A stretch of 44,665 nt of DNA, taken from assembly GCA_001770205.1 (NCBI GenBank), contig MEQL01000041.1:62001-106665 (forward strand). Reading direction: 5' to 3'. The position numbers and the translations under genes were made by a program. A model generated the notes under the pieces. It was not told the DNA's origin and made no database searches. It saw nothing but the letters and a program-made list of their open reading frames with translations. Below are positions 18,065 through 28,425 of this stretch, piece by piece; the stretch's first letter is position 1; each line of letters begins with the position of its first letter. The stretch comes from Bdellovibrionales bacterium RIFOXYD12_FULL_39_22. GTDB lineage: Bacteria > Bdellovibrionota > Bacteriovoracia > Bacteriovoracales > Bacteriovoracaceae.

Positions 18065-19135
18065 ATGATAAAATTAAAACTCTCTGCTTTGTTGACGATA
18101 ATTTTTTTTCTTTCGTTTTTTGCTCAGGCAGAAACTGGAGCGCATTTTTTTAGTGAAGGAGGGGAGCCTCTTTTGCAATACGAGACCAAGTATCAGGAGA
18201 TGTTGAAATTTTATCCAACGAGTATGCCGGAGAAGATTTTGGTTGTTTTTACCGACAAAGATGTTTCGAAGTTTAATACCAGGACAAATACAATTTACTT
18301 ATCACGCAATAGGTTTGCTAAAATGTCAACGTATCTCATTGCCCACGAAACGTCACATCTTGCCCTTTGGAAATATACTGCAGGGGCCAGTTTGGATGGC
18401 AAGTTTCGTTTTTTTGATGAGGGATATGCTTGTATTGTGGGAAATATACTTGCAAATAGGCTGGAAGAATATAAGCATGAAGAAGCACTTCCTATTTCTG
18501 CCACTCAATATAAAAAACAAAACGTCTCCTTTGAGAAAGTTGCAGATTGGAAAAATTATTTTGGCAATCCAAATACTGCTGATTGGAATTTTTATGCCTA
18601 TCATGTTGGGGCCAGTTTTAATTTTTTTATTTTAGATACCTATGGCCAGCAGGAACTAAATCACTTTTTTTTAAGTGTTGGCCAAACGCGTGACTTGGAA
18701 AGTAGTTTCCAAAAAGTTTTTTTTAAATCAAAAGTTGAAATTGAAGCTGGTTGGTTAAACTATCTATCGAAGATTGATCTGTCCATGGCCCAAAATCCGT
18801 ATGTTCTAACTACGGCCCCTTTAAATAATTCAAAAAGTGTTTCAATAAATCTTTCGGAAATTTCTGTGACATTTAATACCCCCATGCTGGAAAACGTCAT
18901 TTTCACCTCCAATCGTTGCCAAGAACTTTGTTACAATAATGCCAAATGGAAAGATTCTAAAACCTTAGTGGTTACTATAACTGGCAAATTAAAAGCAAAT
19001 ACATCGTATTATCTAACTCTTGGCAGCGATAAGTATAAACGATATCTAGTCAGTAAGACTGGAATTGATATGCCCACCTATATTTGGAAATTTACCACAG
19101 CGCCAGCACCGATGAATATAGATCCATCACAGTAG
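18065..19135 (+). CDS. Secreted HExxH zinc metallopeptidase (MA/gluzincin-like) with C-terminal Ig-like domain
   Basis: Signal peptide, IAHETSH, FFDEGYA. C-terminal TAPLNN...ISVTFNTPM...WKFTT resembles Big_5/SbsA Ig. Confidence 0.75.
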   Translation: MIKLKLSALLTIIFFLSFFAQAETGAHFFSEGGEPLLQYETKYQEMLKFYPTSMPEKILVVFTDKDVSKFNTRTNTIYLSRNRFAKMSTYLIAHETSHLALWKYTAGASLDGKFRFFDEGYACIVGNILANRLEEYKHEEALPISATQYKKQNVSFEKVADWKNYFGNPNTADWNFYAYHVGASFNFFILDTYGQQELNHFFLSVGQTRDLESSFQKVFFKSKVEIEAGWLNYLSKIDLSMAQNPYVLTTAPLNNSKSVSINLSEISVTFNTPMLENVIFTSNRCQELCYNNAKWKDSKTLVVTITGKLKANTSYYLTLGSDKYKRYLVSKTGIDMPTYIWKFTTAPAPMNIDPSQ

Positions 19136-19180
19136 ATCTTTAAAATTTCTGTTGCAGATTTTTTAGCAAGACATTACTAA

Positions 19181-20038
19181 CTATCCAGATGCCAGCGTAA
19201 TCTGGCCAAAGATATTTTCTCTTCTTTGATATGTTGTTGAGCCGTTATATGCCATGTGGGTGCAATGGCGCACTTGTCGACCAACCGTTGCTAACAAATT
19301 ACTTCCTGTTACGTTTTTTTCTGGAATAATAACGGTTGGTGTTCCAGAAAATGACAATACACTGGCCTTTTGCAGAAGTTGCTGCGCAGAAGCAATATCT
19401 ATTGCGACAAATGGCCCCAACGCGTTCCATTGAGCAATAAAGTACCCGGTTATTTGCTGTTTTCGATTGATGGAGACAAATGCGCGGTCTGAAAATAGTT
19501 TTAGAAAATGTTCAATTATTGGAAAGCGCTCAGTGCCAAATATTTTTTGATCCAATACTCGAATTTCTATTAGGTGATGAATGCGCATTTCTTCGATGGT
19601 AATTTCGCTGTCTGGGCAATTCTGCAATATGCCAAGTCGATCAAGTGAAAATATAAAGGCCCTATCAACGATTTTAAAGCCAATTTTTTCGTAGAGCGAA
19701 AATCCTTTTACGCTGGCATCTAGCAAAATATTCTTTTTGCTAGCATATTTTTCAATAATCGATTCCATCAATAATTTGCCAAGGCCTTGCCGTTGATGTG
19801 ATGGTAAAACAACCATGTATCCAACGTATATGAAGTCAGGGTAATCCATGACGGCCACTAAGGCCGCTGGGTTGTGGTTAACGAGTAGCATTGTCCAATT
19901 ATCTGGAGATGCATAAAAAAGTTCTGTAAAAACCTTTTGAGGAACGCTTTGAAGATGGCCACTAATTCCAAATGCCTGTGCAGAAATATTGAATGCCTCA
20001 TCAAGGTTTTGAGCGGAAATAGGAGATAAAACAATCAT
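19181..20038 (-). CDS. GNAT N-acetyltransferase (two-domain, YitH-like)
   Basis: MVVLPSHQRQGLGK, LDAS, LYEKIGF, LGPFVA. Confidence 0.85.
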   Translation of the reverse strand: MIVLSPISAQNLDEAFNISAQAFGISGHLQSVPQKVFTELFYASPDNWTMLLVNHNPAALVAVMDYPDFIYVGYMVVLPSHQRQGLGKLLMESIIEKYASKKNILLDASVKGFSLYEKIGFKIVDRAFIFSLDRLGILQNCPDSEITIEEMRIHHLIEIRVLDQKIFGTERFPIIEHFLKLFSDRAFVSINRKQQITGYFIAQWNALGPFVAIDIASAQQLLQKASVLSFSGTPTVIIPEKNVTGSNLLATVGRQVRHCTHMAYNGSTTYQRRENIFGQITLASG

Positions 20039-20077
20039 AAATTTATAACTCCTGAATTCAAGTTCGGAAGTAGCATA

Positions 20078-20611
20078 TTATTCTTTTAATAAATCCGCAA
20101 GATCGGTTGGCGTGTTGAGTCGGATAGTTTTTACGTGCGCATACTTTTCATCTATTAAAAGCTTGGGATAAATTTTCTTTTTACGTGGATGATCGGTAAT
20201 GGCCCAAAGAAGTATTGAGCTTTTACTAAAAAAAGTTTTCCTTAGAGTTTCCCGATTGCCATTCCAGAGGACTTCATTTTTTAAAGATCGTCTTATCGTT
20301 CGCATGAACAGCTGAAAAAAAATTCTAACAAAAGAGTAGTCAAGCCATATAATTGCTTGTGCGCGCGGCCAAACAATGTCGCGAATAATTCCGTAGTTCC
20401 CATCTACAATCCACTTATTTTGAGAGGTAAGTTCGTCGACCTTTTTGATAAAAATATCGTCCGGCGTTTCTACCCAATTTGGCCCTTGCTTAAGGCCATC
20501 AAGTTCGATGAAAGGAAGATTGAGTTTGGCAGAAAGATTTTTTCCCAATGTGGTTTTTCCAACACCGGTTGTGCCAATGATAACAATTCTGTCTGTATCA
20601 GAAAGTTTCAT
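20078..20611 (-). CDS. Adenylate kinase-like P-loop protein (FlaR/topology modulation family)
   Basis: GTTGVGKTT, IELD, WIVDGNY, IIWLD. Confidence 0.82.
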   Translation of the reverse strand: MKLSDTDRIVIIGTTGVGKTTLGKNLSAKLNLPFIELDGLKQGPNWVETPDDIFIKKVDELTSQNKWIVDGNYGIIRDIVWPRAQAIIWLDYSFVRIFFQLFMRTIRRSLKNEVLWNGNRETLRKTFFSKSSILLWAITDHPRKKKIYPKLLIDEKYAHVKTIRLNTPTDLADLLKE

Positions 20612-20626
20612 TTAATAAAGTCATTA

Positions 20627-21070
20627 TCACTCTTTTTGTTCAGCAAAGATGCGATAAATTTTGTCTTTTAGGATATTCGGAGAGAAGGGTTTAACGATGT
20701 AGTTACTAACTCCTAATTGCACGGCCTTCATTACGGTATAAGTTTGATCTTCTACCGTAATAATCAAGAAAGGAGTTCGCTTAGTCTGTGGATCATTGCG
20801 TACTTTTTCCAATAGCTCTAATCCATTTACTTTTGGCATATTGATATCAGAGACGATTAGTTCATAGGGGACATTATCTTTTATAGCATTTTTAATTTCT
20901 ATCCAGGCCTGATCCCCATCATCCACTTCTGAGGCGTTAGCAAGGCCAATCTCTTTTAACATGTGAATAATTACTTTGCGCATGGTTGGCATGTCATCCA
21001 CGACTAATATTTTAAGCTTATTGGAGATAGTAACTTTTTTTGCGGCCGGAGCAGTATTTGGTGCGCTCAT
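20627..21070 (-). CDS. Single-domain CheY-like response regulator
   Basis: LVVDD, SDINMPKVNG, IIT, YIVKPF. Confidence 0.9.
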   Translation of the reverse strand: MSAPNTAPAAKKVTISNKLKILVVDDMPTMRKVIIHMLKEIGLANASEVDDGDQAWIEIKNAIKDNVPYELIVSDINMPKVNGLELLEKVRNDPQTKRTPFLIITVEDQTYTVMKAVQLGVSNYIVKPFSPNILKDKIYRIFAEQKE

Positions 21071-21286
21071 AGTCTTTTCCTAAGTGTGTATAAGATTACC
21101 ACTTAGTATAAGCGGATAATTTTTTTTGAAAAGGGCCTCGGAAGAAGAATTTTTTTTGCTACAGTTGTTGATTGGAATAGTCGGATAGTGATTTTTATAA
21201 AAATTCTGGAAGAAAGATGAAAATCTTACTACAATTATATGATTGCTCGCTAATATCGATGCTTCACTTTTTTTGAGGATGAGGGG

Positions 21287-21727
21287 ATGACTAAAAAAAG
21301 CATTTTTGATCAGCTTAAGGGGCCTTATTCCGTTGTCGTGTTGGATGATGAGGAGGGAGTTGCCGAAGTCATCGAGATGTATTTGGATGACCATTTTGGT
21401 GATGAGCTTATAATTAAGGCCTTCAGTGATTCAGAGACAGCATTTGAATTCATTAAAGAACATCGGCCGCATATTTTGGTCACGGATGTCAGAATGCCAA
21501 AAATATCGGGAGATTCTTTAGTGCACTATTGTCTTGACCTTTTTCCCAATATGCAAATTGTGGTTACCACCGGAGATCCTTCATTGACGGTCAAAACTAA
21601 CTGTTACCTAGATGGAGCAGCTGGACTTATTTTTAAACCCATAGGGCCAGACGCCATAGTGGCAATGGTGCAAGTTTGTATAGACTATTTTAAGCGATGG
21701 GAAAAAATTATTTTAAATAAAAAATAG
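21287..21727 (+). CDS. Single-domain response regulator
   Basis: VLDDE, TDVRMP, TTG, FKP. Confidence 0.85.
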   Translation: MTKKSIFDQLKGPYSVVVLDDEEGVAEVIEMYLDDHFGDELIIKAFSDSETAFEFIKEHRPHILVTDVRMPKISGDSLVHYCLDLFPNMQIVVTTGDPSLTVKTNCYLDGAAGLIFKPIGPDAIVAMVQVCIDYFKRWEKIILNKK

Positions 21728-21738
21728 GCAAAATAGAA

Positions 21739-22956
21739 ATGGGAAATTTTTTTAAAGATGCTCCAAAGTCCGATTTGCATGTTCATCTTGATGGGTCGCT
21801 TCGTTTAGATACTTTGATTGATTTGGCAAAATCTGGCAAAATTAAACTACCATCTACCACGGTAGATGGGTTGAATGAGCTGCTATTTAAAGATAATTAC
21901 AAAGATTTAGGGGAGTATCTCACTTGCTTTGGTTACACTGTTCCAGTGATGCAAACCAGAGATAATTTAGAACGTGTGGCCTATGAGTTTGCACTAGATA
22001 ATTTGGCGGAGAATGTTTTCTATGTGGAAGTACGCTTTGCTCCGCAGCTGCATATGAATGACGAGATGGATTTAGAGGCGGTATTAGTTAGCGTCAACAA
22101 TGGGCTGGCCCGAGCGCAGTCGGAGTTTAATAATTCAGCGGCGGTCAAAAATGGCCAAAAACCGCGCTTTATTTACGGAATCATTGCTTGCGCGATGCGC
22201 TCCTTTGGTAAATTTTCCAATTACTATGCCAAGTTTTTGGATGCCCATCCTTTCTCTTCTAAAACGCGAGTGGCCCCGCTTGCTTCTTACGAATTGGCCC
22301 AGGGGGTTATTCATATTCGCGACAAGCTCGCTATTCCCATCGTGGGTTTTGATTTGGCCGGCCAAGAAGATGGATTCCCGGCAAAAAATCATTGGAAGGC
22401 CTACCAATTTGTGCATGAAAATTTTATGCACAAGACTGTGCATGCGGGAGAGGCCTATGGGGCTGAGTCGATTTTTCAGGCCATAACAGAACTGCATGCC
22501 GATCGTATTGGCCACGGTTACTACTTGTTTGATAAAAATAGGATTATTGCCCCAGAGATTTTAGATAAAGATAAATACATTAATGCGCTAACAAAATATA
22601 TTGCGGAGAATCGAATTACTATAGAAGTCTGCCTAACCAGTAATATGCAAACTAATCCATCAATTGGGAAACTAGAAAATCATCAATTCGCACAGATGCG
22701 TCAGGCCCGACTTTGTACAACTTTTTGTACGGATAATCGAGCGGTAAGCAAAACTACCGTTACTAATGAGATCGAAAAGGCCGTGAAGGCATTTAAAATT
22801 GGGCCAGCAGAGTATCACTATCTATTTTTTGATGGTTTTGAACATAGCTTCTACCCAGGTTCTTATATTCAAAAGTTGGAATATGTCGATTCGGTAAAAA
22901 ACTACTATCAAAAAGTGGCGGCCAAATATCTGCAATCGCCCGTAGAGAATCGTTGA
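21739..22956 (+). CDS. add: Adenosine deaminase family protein
   Basis: DLHVHLDGS, GFDLAG, VHAGE, RIGHG, EVCLTSN, TDN. Confidence 0.9.
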   Translation: MGNFFKDAPKSDLHVHLDGSLRLDTLIDLAKSGKIKLPSTTVDGLNELLFKDNYKDLGEYLTCFGYTVPVMQTRDNLERVAYEFALDNLAENVFYVEVRFAPQLHMNDEMDLEAVLVSVNNGLARAQSEFNNSAAVKNGQKPRFIYGIIACAMRSFGKFSNYYAKFLDAHPFSSKTRVAPLASYELAQGVIHIRDKLAIPIVGFDLAGQEDGFPAKNHWKAYQFVHENFMHKTVHAGEAYGAESIFQAITELHADRIGHGYYLFDKNRIIAPEILDKDKYINALTKYIAENRITIEVCLTSNMQTNPSIGKLENHQFAQMRQARLCTTFCTDNRAVSKTTVTNEIEKAVKAFKIGPAEYHYLFFDGFEHSFYPGSYIQKLEYVDSVKNYYQKVAAKYLQSPVENR

Positions 22957-22981
22957 CTTCAACTTGGCCCCTCGCTATGAT
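22953..22981 (+). promoter_or_regulatory. Putative sigma70 promoter for the aminotransferase
   Basis: TTGACT-N17-TATGAT ending about 30 bp before the ATG at 23011. Confidence 0.55.
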
Positions 22982-23010
22982 TTTCGCACAAATAATTTGG
23001 GAGGCCTTCA

Positions 23011-24237
23011 ATGATTGATCTTATCAAGAACTATTCAATAACATCTAGACGAGTAAAAGGTAGCGCCATTCGCGAGTTATTAAAACTTACTAATAAACCG
23101 GATATGATCTCTTTTGCTGGAGGACTTCCTTCCCCCGAGAGTTTTCCAACTGAGAGTATTGCCGAGATTGCGGCCAAAGTTTTAAAAGATAAAGCACACA
23201 TCGCTCTCCAGTATACAGAGACAGAGGGCCTAATAGAGTTAAGAGAACAGGTGGCCATTTTGATGAAAAAAGATGGCATACACGTGGGGGCAGAAAATAT
23301 TTTAATAACCGCTTCCTCTCAGCAGGCACTAGATTTAGTTGGCCGAGTATTTATTGATCCCACTGATCCGCTTTTGGTGGAATTGCCAACTTATCTTGGG
23401 GGATTACAGGCCTTTACCGCTTATGGTGCACGTTTTATTGGCGTGGCCTCGGATAATCAGGGCATGATTATGGAGGATCTAGAGTCTAAGTTGCGCAAGC
23501 TGCAATTAAGCGAAGAGCACTACAAATTTATCTATACGGTGCCAGATTTCCAAAATCCCTCTGGCGTAACTTGGACTAACGAGCGCCGCCAAAAGGCCGT
23601 GGAGTTGTCCAATCGCTACAATGTTTTGTTAATCGATGATTCTCCTTATAGGGAGTTACGTTTTGAAGGAAAACGGCCAGATGCTCTTCACGCTATTGAT
23701 AAGGAAGGAAATGTAATTACTTGTCGAACTTTTTCTAAAATTTTTGCTCCTGGCCTACGTCTGGGGTGGATTGTTGGGCATAAAAATATTATTGCCAAAC
23801 TTTCCGTGGCCAAACAGTCCGTGGATCTTTGTACTTCGGGGTTTAATCAATTGATTGCAGCAGAATTTTTAAAACAAAACCTTTTAGATAATCATGTAAA
23901 AAAGATCATAGATATTTATCGAGTTAAACGTGATGCTATGGATCGGGCCTTAGAAAAATATATGCCAAAAGGCGAAGGCATCTCTTGGATGAAACCGGAA
24001 GGAGGATTATTTCTTTTTTTGAAGTTGCCAGAATTGTTAGATGCTGATGACATGTTTCACGAGGCCATTGAGAAAAAGGTTGCGTACGTTATAGGTAGTG
24101 TTTTTCACTGTGATGGCAAAGGGCAAAATACGATGAGACTAAACTTCTCTTATCCGACGCTAGAGCAGATTGACATCGGTATTTCACGGTTGGCAGATAC
24201 TATTAAAGAGAGAATTGTAAAGCTAAAGCGACGCTAA
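23011..24237 (+). CDS. PLP-dependent class I aminotransferase (LysN/2-aminoadipate-type)
   Basis: SAIRELLK, ISFAGGLP, FQNPSG, DDSPY, TFSKIFAPGLRLGW. Confidence 0.9.
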   Translation: MIDLIKNYSITSRRVKGSAIRELLKLTNKPDMISFAGGLPSPESFPTESIAEIAAKVLKDKAHIALQYTETEGLIELREQVAILMKKDGIHVGAENILITASSQQALDLVGRVFIDPTDPLLVELPTYLGGLQAFTAYGARFIGVASDNQGMIMEDLESKLRKLQLSEEHYKFIYTVPDFQNPSGVTWTNERRQKAVELSNRYNVLLIDDSPYRELRFEGKRPDALHAIDKEGNVITCRTFSKIFAPGLRLGWIVGHKNIIAKLSVAKQSVDLCTSGFNQLIAAEFLKQNLLDNHVKKIIDIYRVKRDAMDRALEKYMPKGEGISWMKPEGGLFLFLKLPELLDADDMFHEAIEKKVAYVIGSVFHCDGKGQNTMRLNFSYPTLEQIDIGISRLADTIKERIVKLKRR

Positions 24238-24240
24238 AAG

Positions 24241-25215
24241 TTAGATAAAAATAGTCACTCCAATGGAGTACTCATTTAGCAAATAGTAGTTGTAAAAAAT
24301 TCCTACGAGTAAGTATTTATGCAGGCCATATTGAGCACCTAAGAAGGTGTTCACCTTTTCTTCTTCATAGCTCCAAATATCGCTAGATAGATCATAGGTG
24401 GCCCGTTCAGAAAGTTCAGTGCGCTTGCTATAGGTAAAAATCCAAGACTTATAGTATATCCCGACGGTGAAAATTGTTACGGTAAATTCATGATCAGGAA
24501 CTTTATTCACCAGCTTAGTATAATCCATGGCCAGAAAGGGAAGTTTTAATCCCCAAGAGGTGGAGAGTATGGGGTATTTTACGGGATCACCAATCTCTTG
24601 TTCTGGTAGATAAATATCGTAGTGCTGCCAATAATCTGAGAGGGTGGCCATACCAAAGGAAATAGGGCCTAATGAAACAGAGCCACCACCCCCGAAGGTG
24701 CTCTTTTTTGTATCTTTATTGTAAACCACCATTGTTCCCGCATTGAGATTGAAGACGGAATTTTGTTTTTTCCCATAGAGATTCATTGCTCCGGCCAAAT
24801 TGTATTTTTTTGATTGGAATTTTTCTCCATCTTCTATACGCGTGGCGTAATCGATAGGGTTTTCTGAGGTAGTATTACCAAAAAAGGTATTTTCCGGCAT
24901 AGAGGTGGTGATTCCCGCTCCAACTCTTCCAGTTCCAGAGACTGCTGAAAAATCAAAAGTTCCTCCAGCGGCCAATAATTCTAGGCCAAATCCTTTATCC
25001 ATTGAGAGTGCGGAAGGATTTGAGTTAAAGGCCGAAGAGGAGGTTGGCATAGATGCCCCTACCGAGCGGTTATAACCTCGGCCGGTATTGGAGGGACATT
25101 CATAGATCTCTAAAAGATCGCAAAGTCGTTTTGGTTCTTCGGCCCAAATATGGAGGATAATTAAATTAAGTAAAAAAATTGCCGGGAGATGATGGGGTTT
25201 TTTAGAATTTCTCAT
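24241..25215 (-). CDS. Hypothetical exported protein, possible outer-membrane beta-barrel
   Basis: Signal peptide, NPSAL motif, amphipathic strands, C-terminus YSIGVTIFI. Confidence 0.55.
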   Translation of the reverse strand: MRNSKKPHHLPAIFLLNLIILHIWAEEPKRLCDLLEIYECPSNTGRGYNRSVGASMPTSSSAFNSNPSALSMDKGFGLELLAAGGTFDFSAVSGTGRVGAGITTSMPENTFFGNTTSENPIDYATRIEDGEKFQSKKYNLAGAMNLYGKKQNSVFNLNAGTMVVYNKDTKKSTFGGGGSVSLGPISFGMATLSDYWQHYDIYLPEQEIGDPVKYPILSTSWGLKLPFLAMDYTKLVNKVPDHEFTVTIFTVGIYYKSWIFTYSKRTELSERATYDLSSDIWSYEEEKVNTFLGAQYGLHKYLLVGIFYNYYLLNEYSIGVTIFI

Positions 25216-25362
25216 AGGATAAATTATAGCAAGAACTAAAAATGAGGCGATGGATTTTTAGGCGGCAAAATGTTGTACATTGTCAGATAACTTTATTGGA
25301 CGAATTATAGTTTATCGGTATAGCATTTTTGCCTATTTCACTCAACATTGGATGTGTGACAG

Positions 25363-26277
25363 ATGAAAAAATTTATATATATTTTTAGCTTGCTACCTTT
25401 GAGTTTCAATCTCTGGGCCGGAACAACTAATATGTATCAGACACAAAGTATTTACGGAATAGATGACCGAGTAGATGTTTATAATAGTTCGATTCCTAAG
25501 TATCGGGAGTGGGCCAAGTCAGTTGCCGCACTTATTCCAGATTATTGGTTAACGGAAGTTCGTGATGGGAGTGGGGATTTAAAGTTTGACGGGATGCCTT
25601 CGCCGCTTAATCTTTGTAGCAATCAACGTTTCATTGGACAAATTGCTATTTCAGAATGCTCGGCCTTTTTAGTGGGAGAGGATCTCATTTTAACTGCTGG
25701 ACATTGCGTGGAGATGATTTCTAACAGTTGTGAATGGTATTATTGGATTTTTGATTTTGTGATAAATCAAGATGGAAGTAATCCCTCGCGCTTTAGTCGC
25801 CAGCAAATCTATCGCTGCAAAGAAGTTGTGGCCGATAGTATGGGGCCGCTGGACTACATGGATTATGCCCTTATTCGATTGGATCGAAAAGTGGAAGGCC
25901 GTGCAGCACTTCCGTTGAGAAAATCTGGCATAATACCAGATAATGCTACCGTGGTGGCGGTGGGGACTCCTTCTGGCCTGCCCACTAAAATTGCTGAGCA
26001 TGGAGAGATTATTAACAATTTAAATGAAATTTACTTTACTACTACGTTGGATACCTTTACTGGAAACTCAGGATCTCCGGTTATTAATGCGGAAAGCGGA
26101 GAAGTGGAAGGGATGTTAGTTAGTGGATTGTTTGACTATAAATATAACTACGAAAAGAAATGTTACGAAACCATCGAGTATCAAGTTCCCTATTGCCGTG
26201 GTGAAACTGCCCTTAGAATTTCGGCAATAGTTGACGGATTGGCCCGTATTGGACATCGAGATCTGATTTTTCCATAG
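25363..26277 (+). CDS. Secreted trypsin-like (S1) serine protease
   Basis: LTAGHC, DYALIRLD, GNSGSP; signal peptide. Confidence 0.92.
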   Translation: MKKFIYIFSLLPLSFNLWAGTTNMYQTQSIYGIDDRVDVYNSSIPKYREWAKSVAALIPDYWLTEVRDGSGDLKFDGMPSPLNLCSNQRFIGQIAISECSAFLVGEDLILTAGHCVEMISNSCEWYYWIFDFVINQDGSNPSRFSRQQIYRCKEVVADSMGPLDYMDYALIRLDRKVEGRAALPLRKSGIIPDNATVVAVGTPSGLPTKIAEHGEIINNLNEIYFTTTLDTFTGNSGSPVINAESGEVEGMLVSGLFDYKYNYEKKCYETIEYQVPYCRGETALRISAIVDGLARIGHRDLIFP

Positions 26278-26441
26278 CACTGACCCCCAAAACGTGTATA
26301 TCTTTTGATAGCTCATAGATTATATTCGGCCTTTTTGCTCAATTTTTATAATTCTCGCTATAAAACGCTACAAATCACTAAATAATTCACCAAAATTGTC
26401 GATAGGTTGGGCGACATAGTGGAATTGCCGGGAGTGGTTTC

Positions 26442-27170
26442 ATGAAAAAACAAAGATTTTTAATAATTGCAAAGCTTGTGGCCTTACTGTTGGCCATTGG
26501 GCCGCTCAGCGGTTGTAACTACGTTGATTGGGAACATATCAAGGAGCGGGCGGCCAACATTAATCGTTACGAAAAGGTGGCATTACAGCTTTCAAAAGAA
26601 AATCGGGCGCTCAAAATTGATATCACGAAATTGCAAACAGAGATTGCACGCTTGCAGGACGAAAACAAATTTTTGTCCACGCAGTTAGGGGAGAAAAGAG
26701 GTGGCAGTAGGGGTATCGCCAGTATTCAACAAGTAGAGACTAAAAATGATCTAGTGCGCTTTAATACTTATCGCTGGACGCCAACTCAAATGTTGGCAGT
26801 GGCCAATGCCGAATTTAAAAAAGGAAATTATGAGAAGGCGGCCCAGTTTTTTCGTACCTTCATTCTTAATTTTGAAAATCATGAACTGTTAAATGATCAG
26901 GTACTTTTTAAGGCCGGGATGGCCGCCTTTGAAACTGGTAAGCATAATGACTGGACGTTAGACAATTTTAATCGCTTGATTCGTGGACATCCTACTTCTA
27001 AATTTTATCGAGGAGCAAAATTGTGGTCGGCCCTGGCCATGCTCAAACAGGGGGATAAAAAGGCATTTTTCAACACAGTGGAAGAGTTTAGAAAAAAATA
27101 TCGGAATACGGATGAATGGAAAATTTTGAGTGCGCACTATGAAAAAATATTACAAAACTATAAAGAGTAA
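26442..27170 (+). CDS. Coiled-coil plus TPR lipoprotein (CpoB/YbgF-like)
   Basis: Lipobox LSGC, heptad region, TPR-like GNYEKAAQFF. Confidence 0.7.
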   Translation: MKKQRFLIIAKLVALLLAIGPLSGCNYVDWEHIKERAANINRYEKVALQLSKENRALKIDITKLQTEIARLQDENKFLSTQLGEKRGGSRGIASIQQVETKNDLVRFNTYRWTPTQMLAVANAEFKKGNYEKAAQFFRTFILNFENHELLNDQVLFKAGMAAFETGKHNDWTLDNFNRLIRGHPTSKFYRGAKLWSALAMLKQGDKKAFFNTVEEFRKKYRNTDEWKILSAHYEKILQNYKE

Positions 27171-28326
27171 GCTGGTATTGGTGGTCTGCGCCTGCTTGTT
27201 GGCCAGTTCACTACATGCCAAATATGTCGGGATGGTTGATGCTGTTAGTGGAACGGCCTTTCTCTCTTACGAAGAGCGTATTAGTAATTTGCAACCTGGT
27301 GTTTTGATCAATGATTTTTCCGAGTTGATAACGGAGGAGGGGGCCCAGATTACGTTCTCTGATTATGATGGCCATCGTTTTTTTCTTTCTGGTTCTGGCC
27401 ATATGAAAATATTAAATAGATTAATTGAGTTAAAAAAGGGTTACTTGTGGATACAGTCGCTTAATAAAAAAGAGGCATACTCTATTCAGACGGTAAACGC
27501 CAACATAACTTTTTTGGCGGGAGAGGGAGTTGTCTCTTTTGATAATTATGTAGGGAAAACTCAACTATTGTCTATTAATGGTAACTTCGATATTAGCAAC
27601 TTGCTGACTCCCAATTTGGCAACTACTGTTTCAGATGGGAAGTTTTCCTTTGTTAGTGCCGATTATGAGGAAGGTGCGCCTAGAAATCCAACCTCAATAG
27701 GTAATAAATCCTTCCAGCAAATTGCCTCACTTTTTGATGGCTTTAGCAGTGGTCCAGTGAGTGATCACAAACAGCAAATTGAGAAGCCTTTGTCTACCGC
27801 AGCGGCCAAAGAGGTGGTAGCACCGGCCAAAAAAAATAAAAGCAGAGCGCCAGCGTCATTAGACGATCGTACACCTAACGCCAAACATCCTGGAGAAACT
27901 ATCTTGGTAAAACGTGTTTCGGAAAAAAAGATAAATCCTGATTTGGATTTGGATAAATATTATGCAGAGAAATTGCATGTTTTAGCGCAAGAAAAGGAGA
28001 AGCGAACTTTTAAAATAAGTTATCAAAAGCGCTCAAATGTTAAATTAAGAGTCTTTGGTAACACCTCTTTGGCGCCGTCACCGTCAACTTCTACTCGCAT
28101 TACTCCGGCAGCGACCTCAGGGCGATCGCCTTCTTCGATACCAGCTTCTCCAACCTCACTCTCTGATTTTTCCAGCGGCCCAGCGGCGGCCATGCCGGCC
28201 ACCAATGATGTATTTGAGCAATCGCTCATGAATAAATATAAACAACAGATGCGTCATAGCAGCGAAAAAAATGGCCTAATTGACGACTTACGTAATTATC
28301 GTCAGGATTTTGACAAAAGTTACTAA
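27139..28326 (+). CDS. Exported FecR-like domain protein with Pro/Ser-rich tail
   Basis: Signal peptide, VSGTAF...ITEEGAQITF...IQTVNA FecR-like pattern. Confidence 0.55.
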   Translation: MKKYYKTIKSKLVLVVCACLLASSLHAKYVGMVDAVSGTAFLSYEERISNLQPGVLINDFSELITEEGAQITFSDYDGHRFFLSGSGHMKILNRLIELKKGYLWIQSLNKKEAYSIQTVNANITFLAGEGVVSFDNYVGKTQLLSINGNFDISNLLTPNLATTVSDGKFSFVSADYEEGAPRNPTSIGNKSFQQIASLFDGFSSGPVSDHKQQIEKPLSTAAAKEVVAPAKKNKSRAPASLDDRTPNAKHPGETILVKRVSEKKINPDLDLDKYYAEKLHVLAQEKEKRTFKISYQKRSNVKLRVFGNTSLAPSPSTSTRITPAATSGRSPSSIPASPTSLSDFSSGPAAAMPATNDVFEQSLMNKYKQQMRHSSEKNGLIDDLRNYRQDFDKSY

Positions 28327-28425
28327 GATTTACTCCTCAAAATTTGCATAAGGCCATGACTTTTTCTGGCAAGAATGATAGAAATTATCCGTTTATAAGG
28401 TACTATTTTTGAGGAAAGAGATTCC

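Noticed and set aside
21080..21394. This and the other short antisense or out-of-frame ORFs in the track (e.g. 8602-9060, 22100-22486, 43430-43918)
   Set aside because: Shadow ORFs overlapping well-supported genes, with no motifs.
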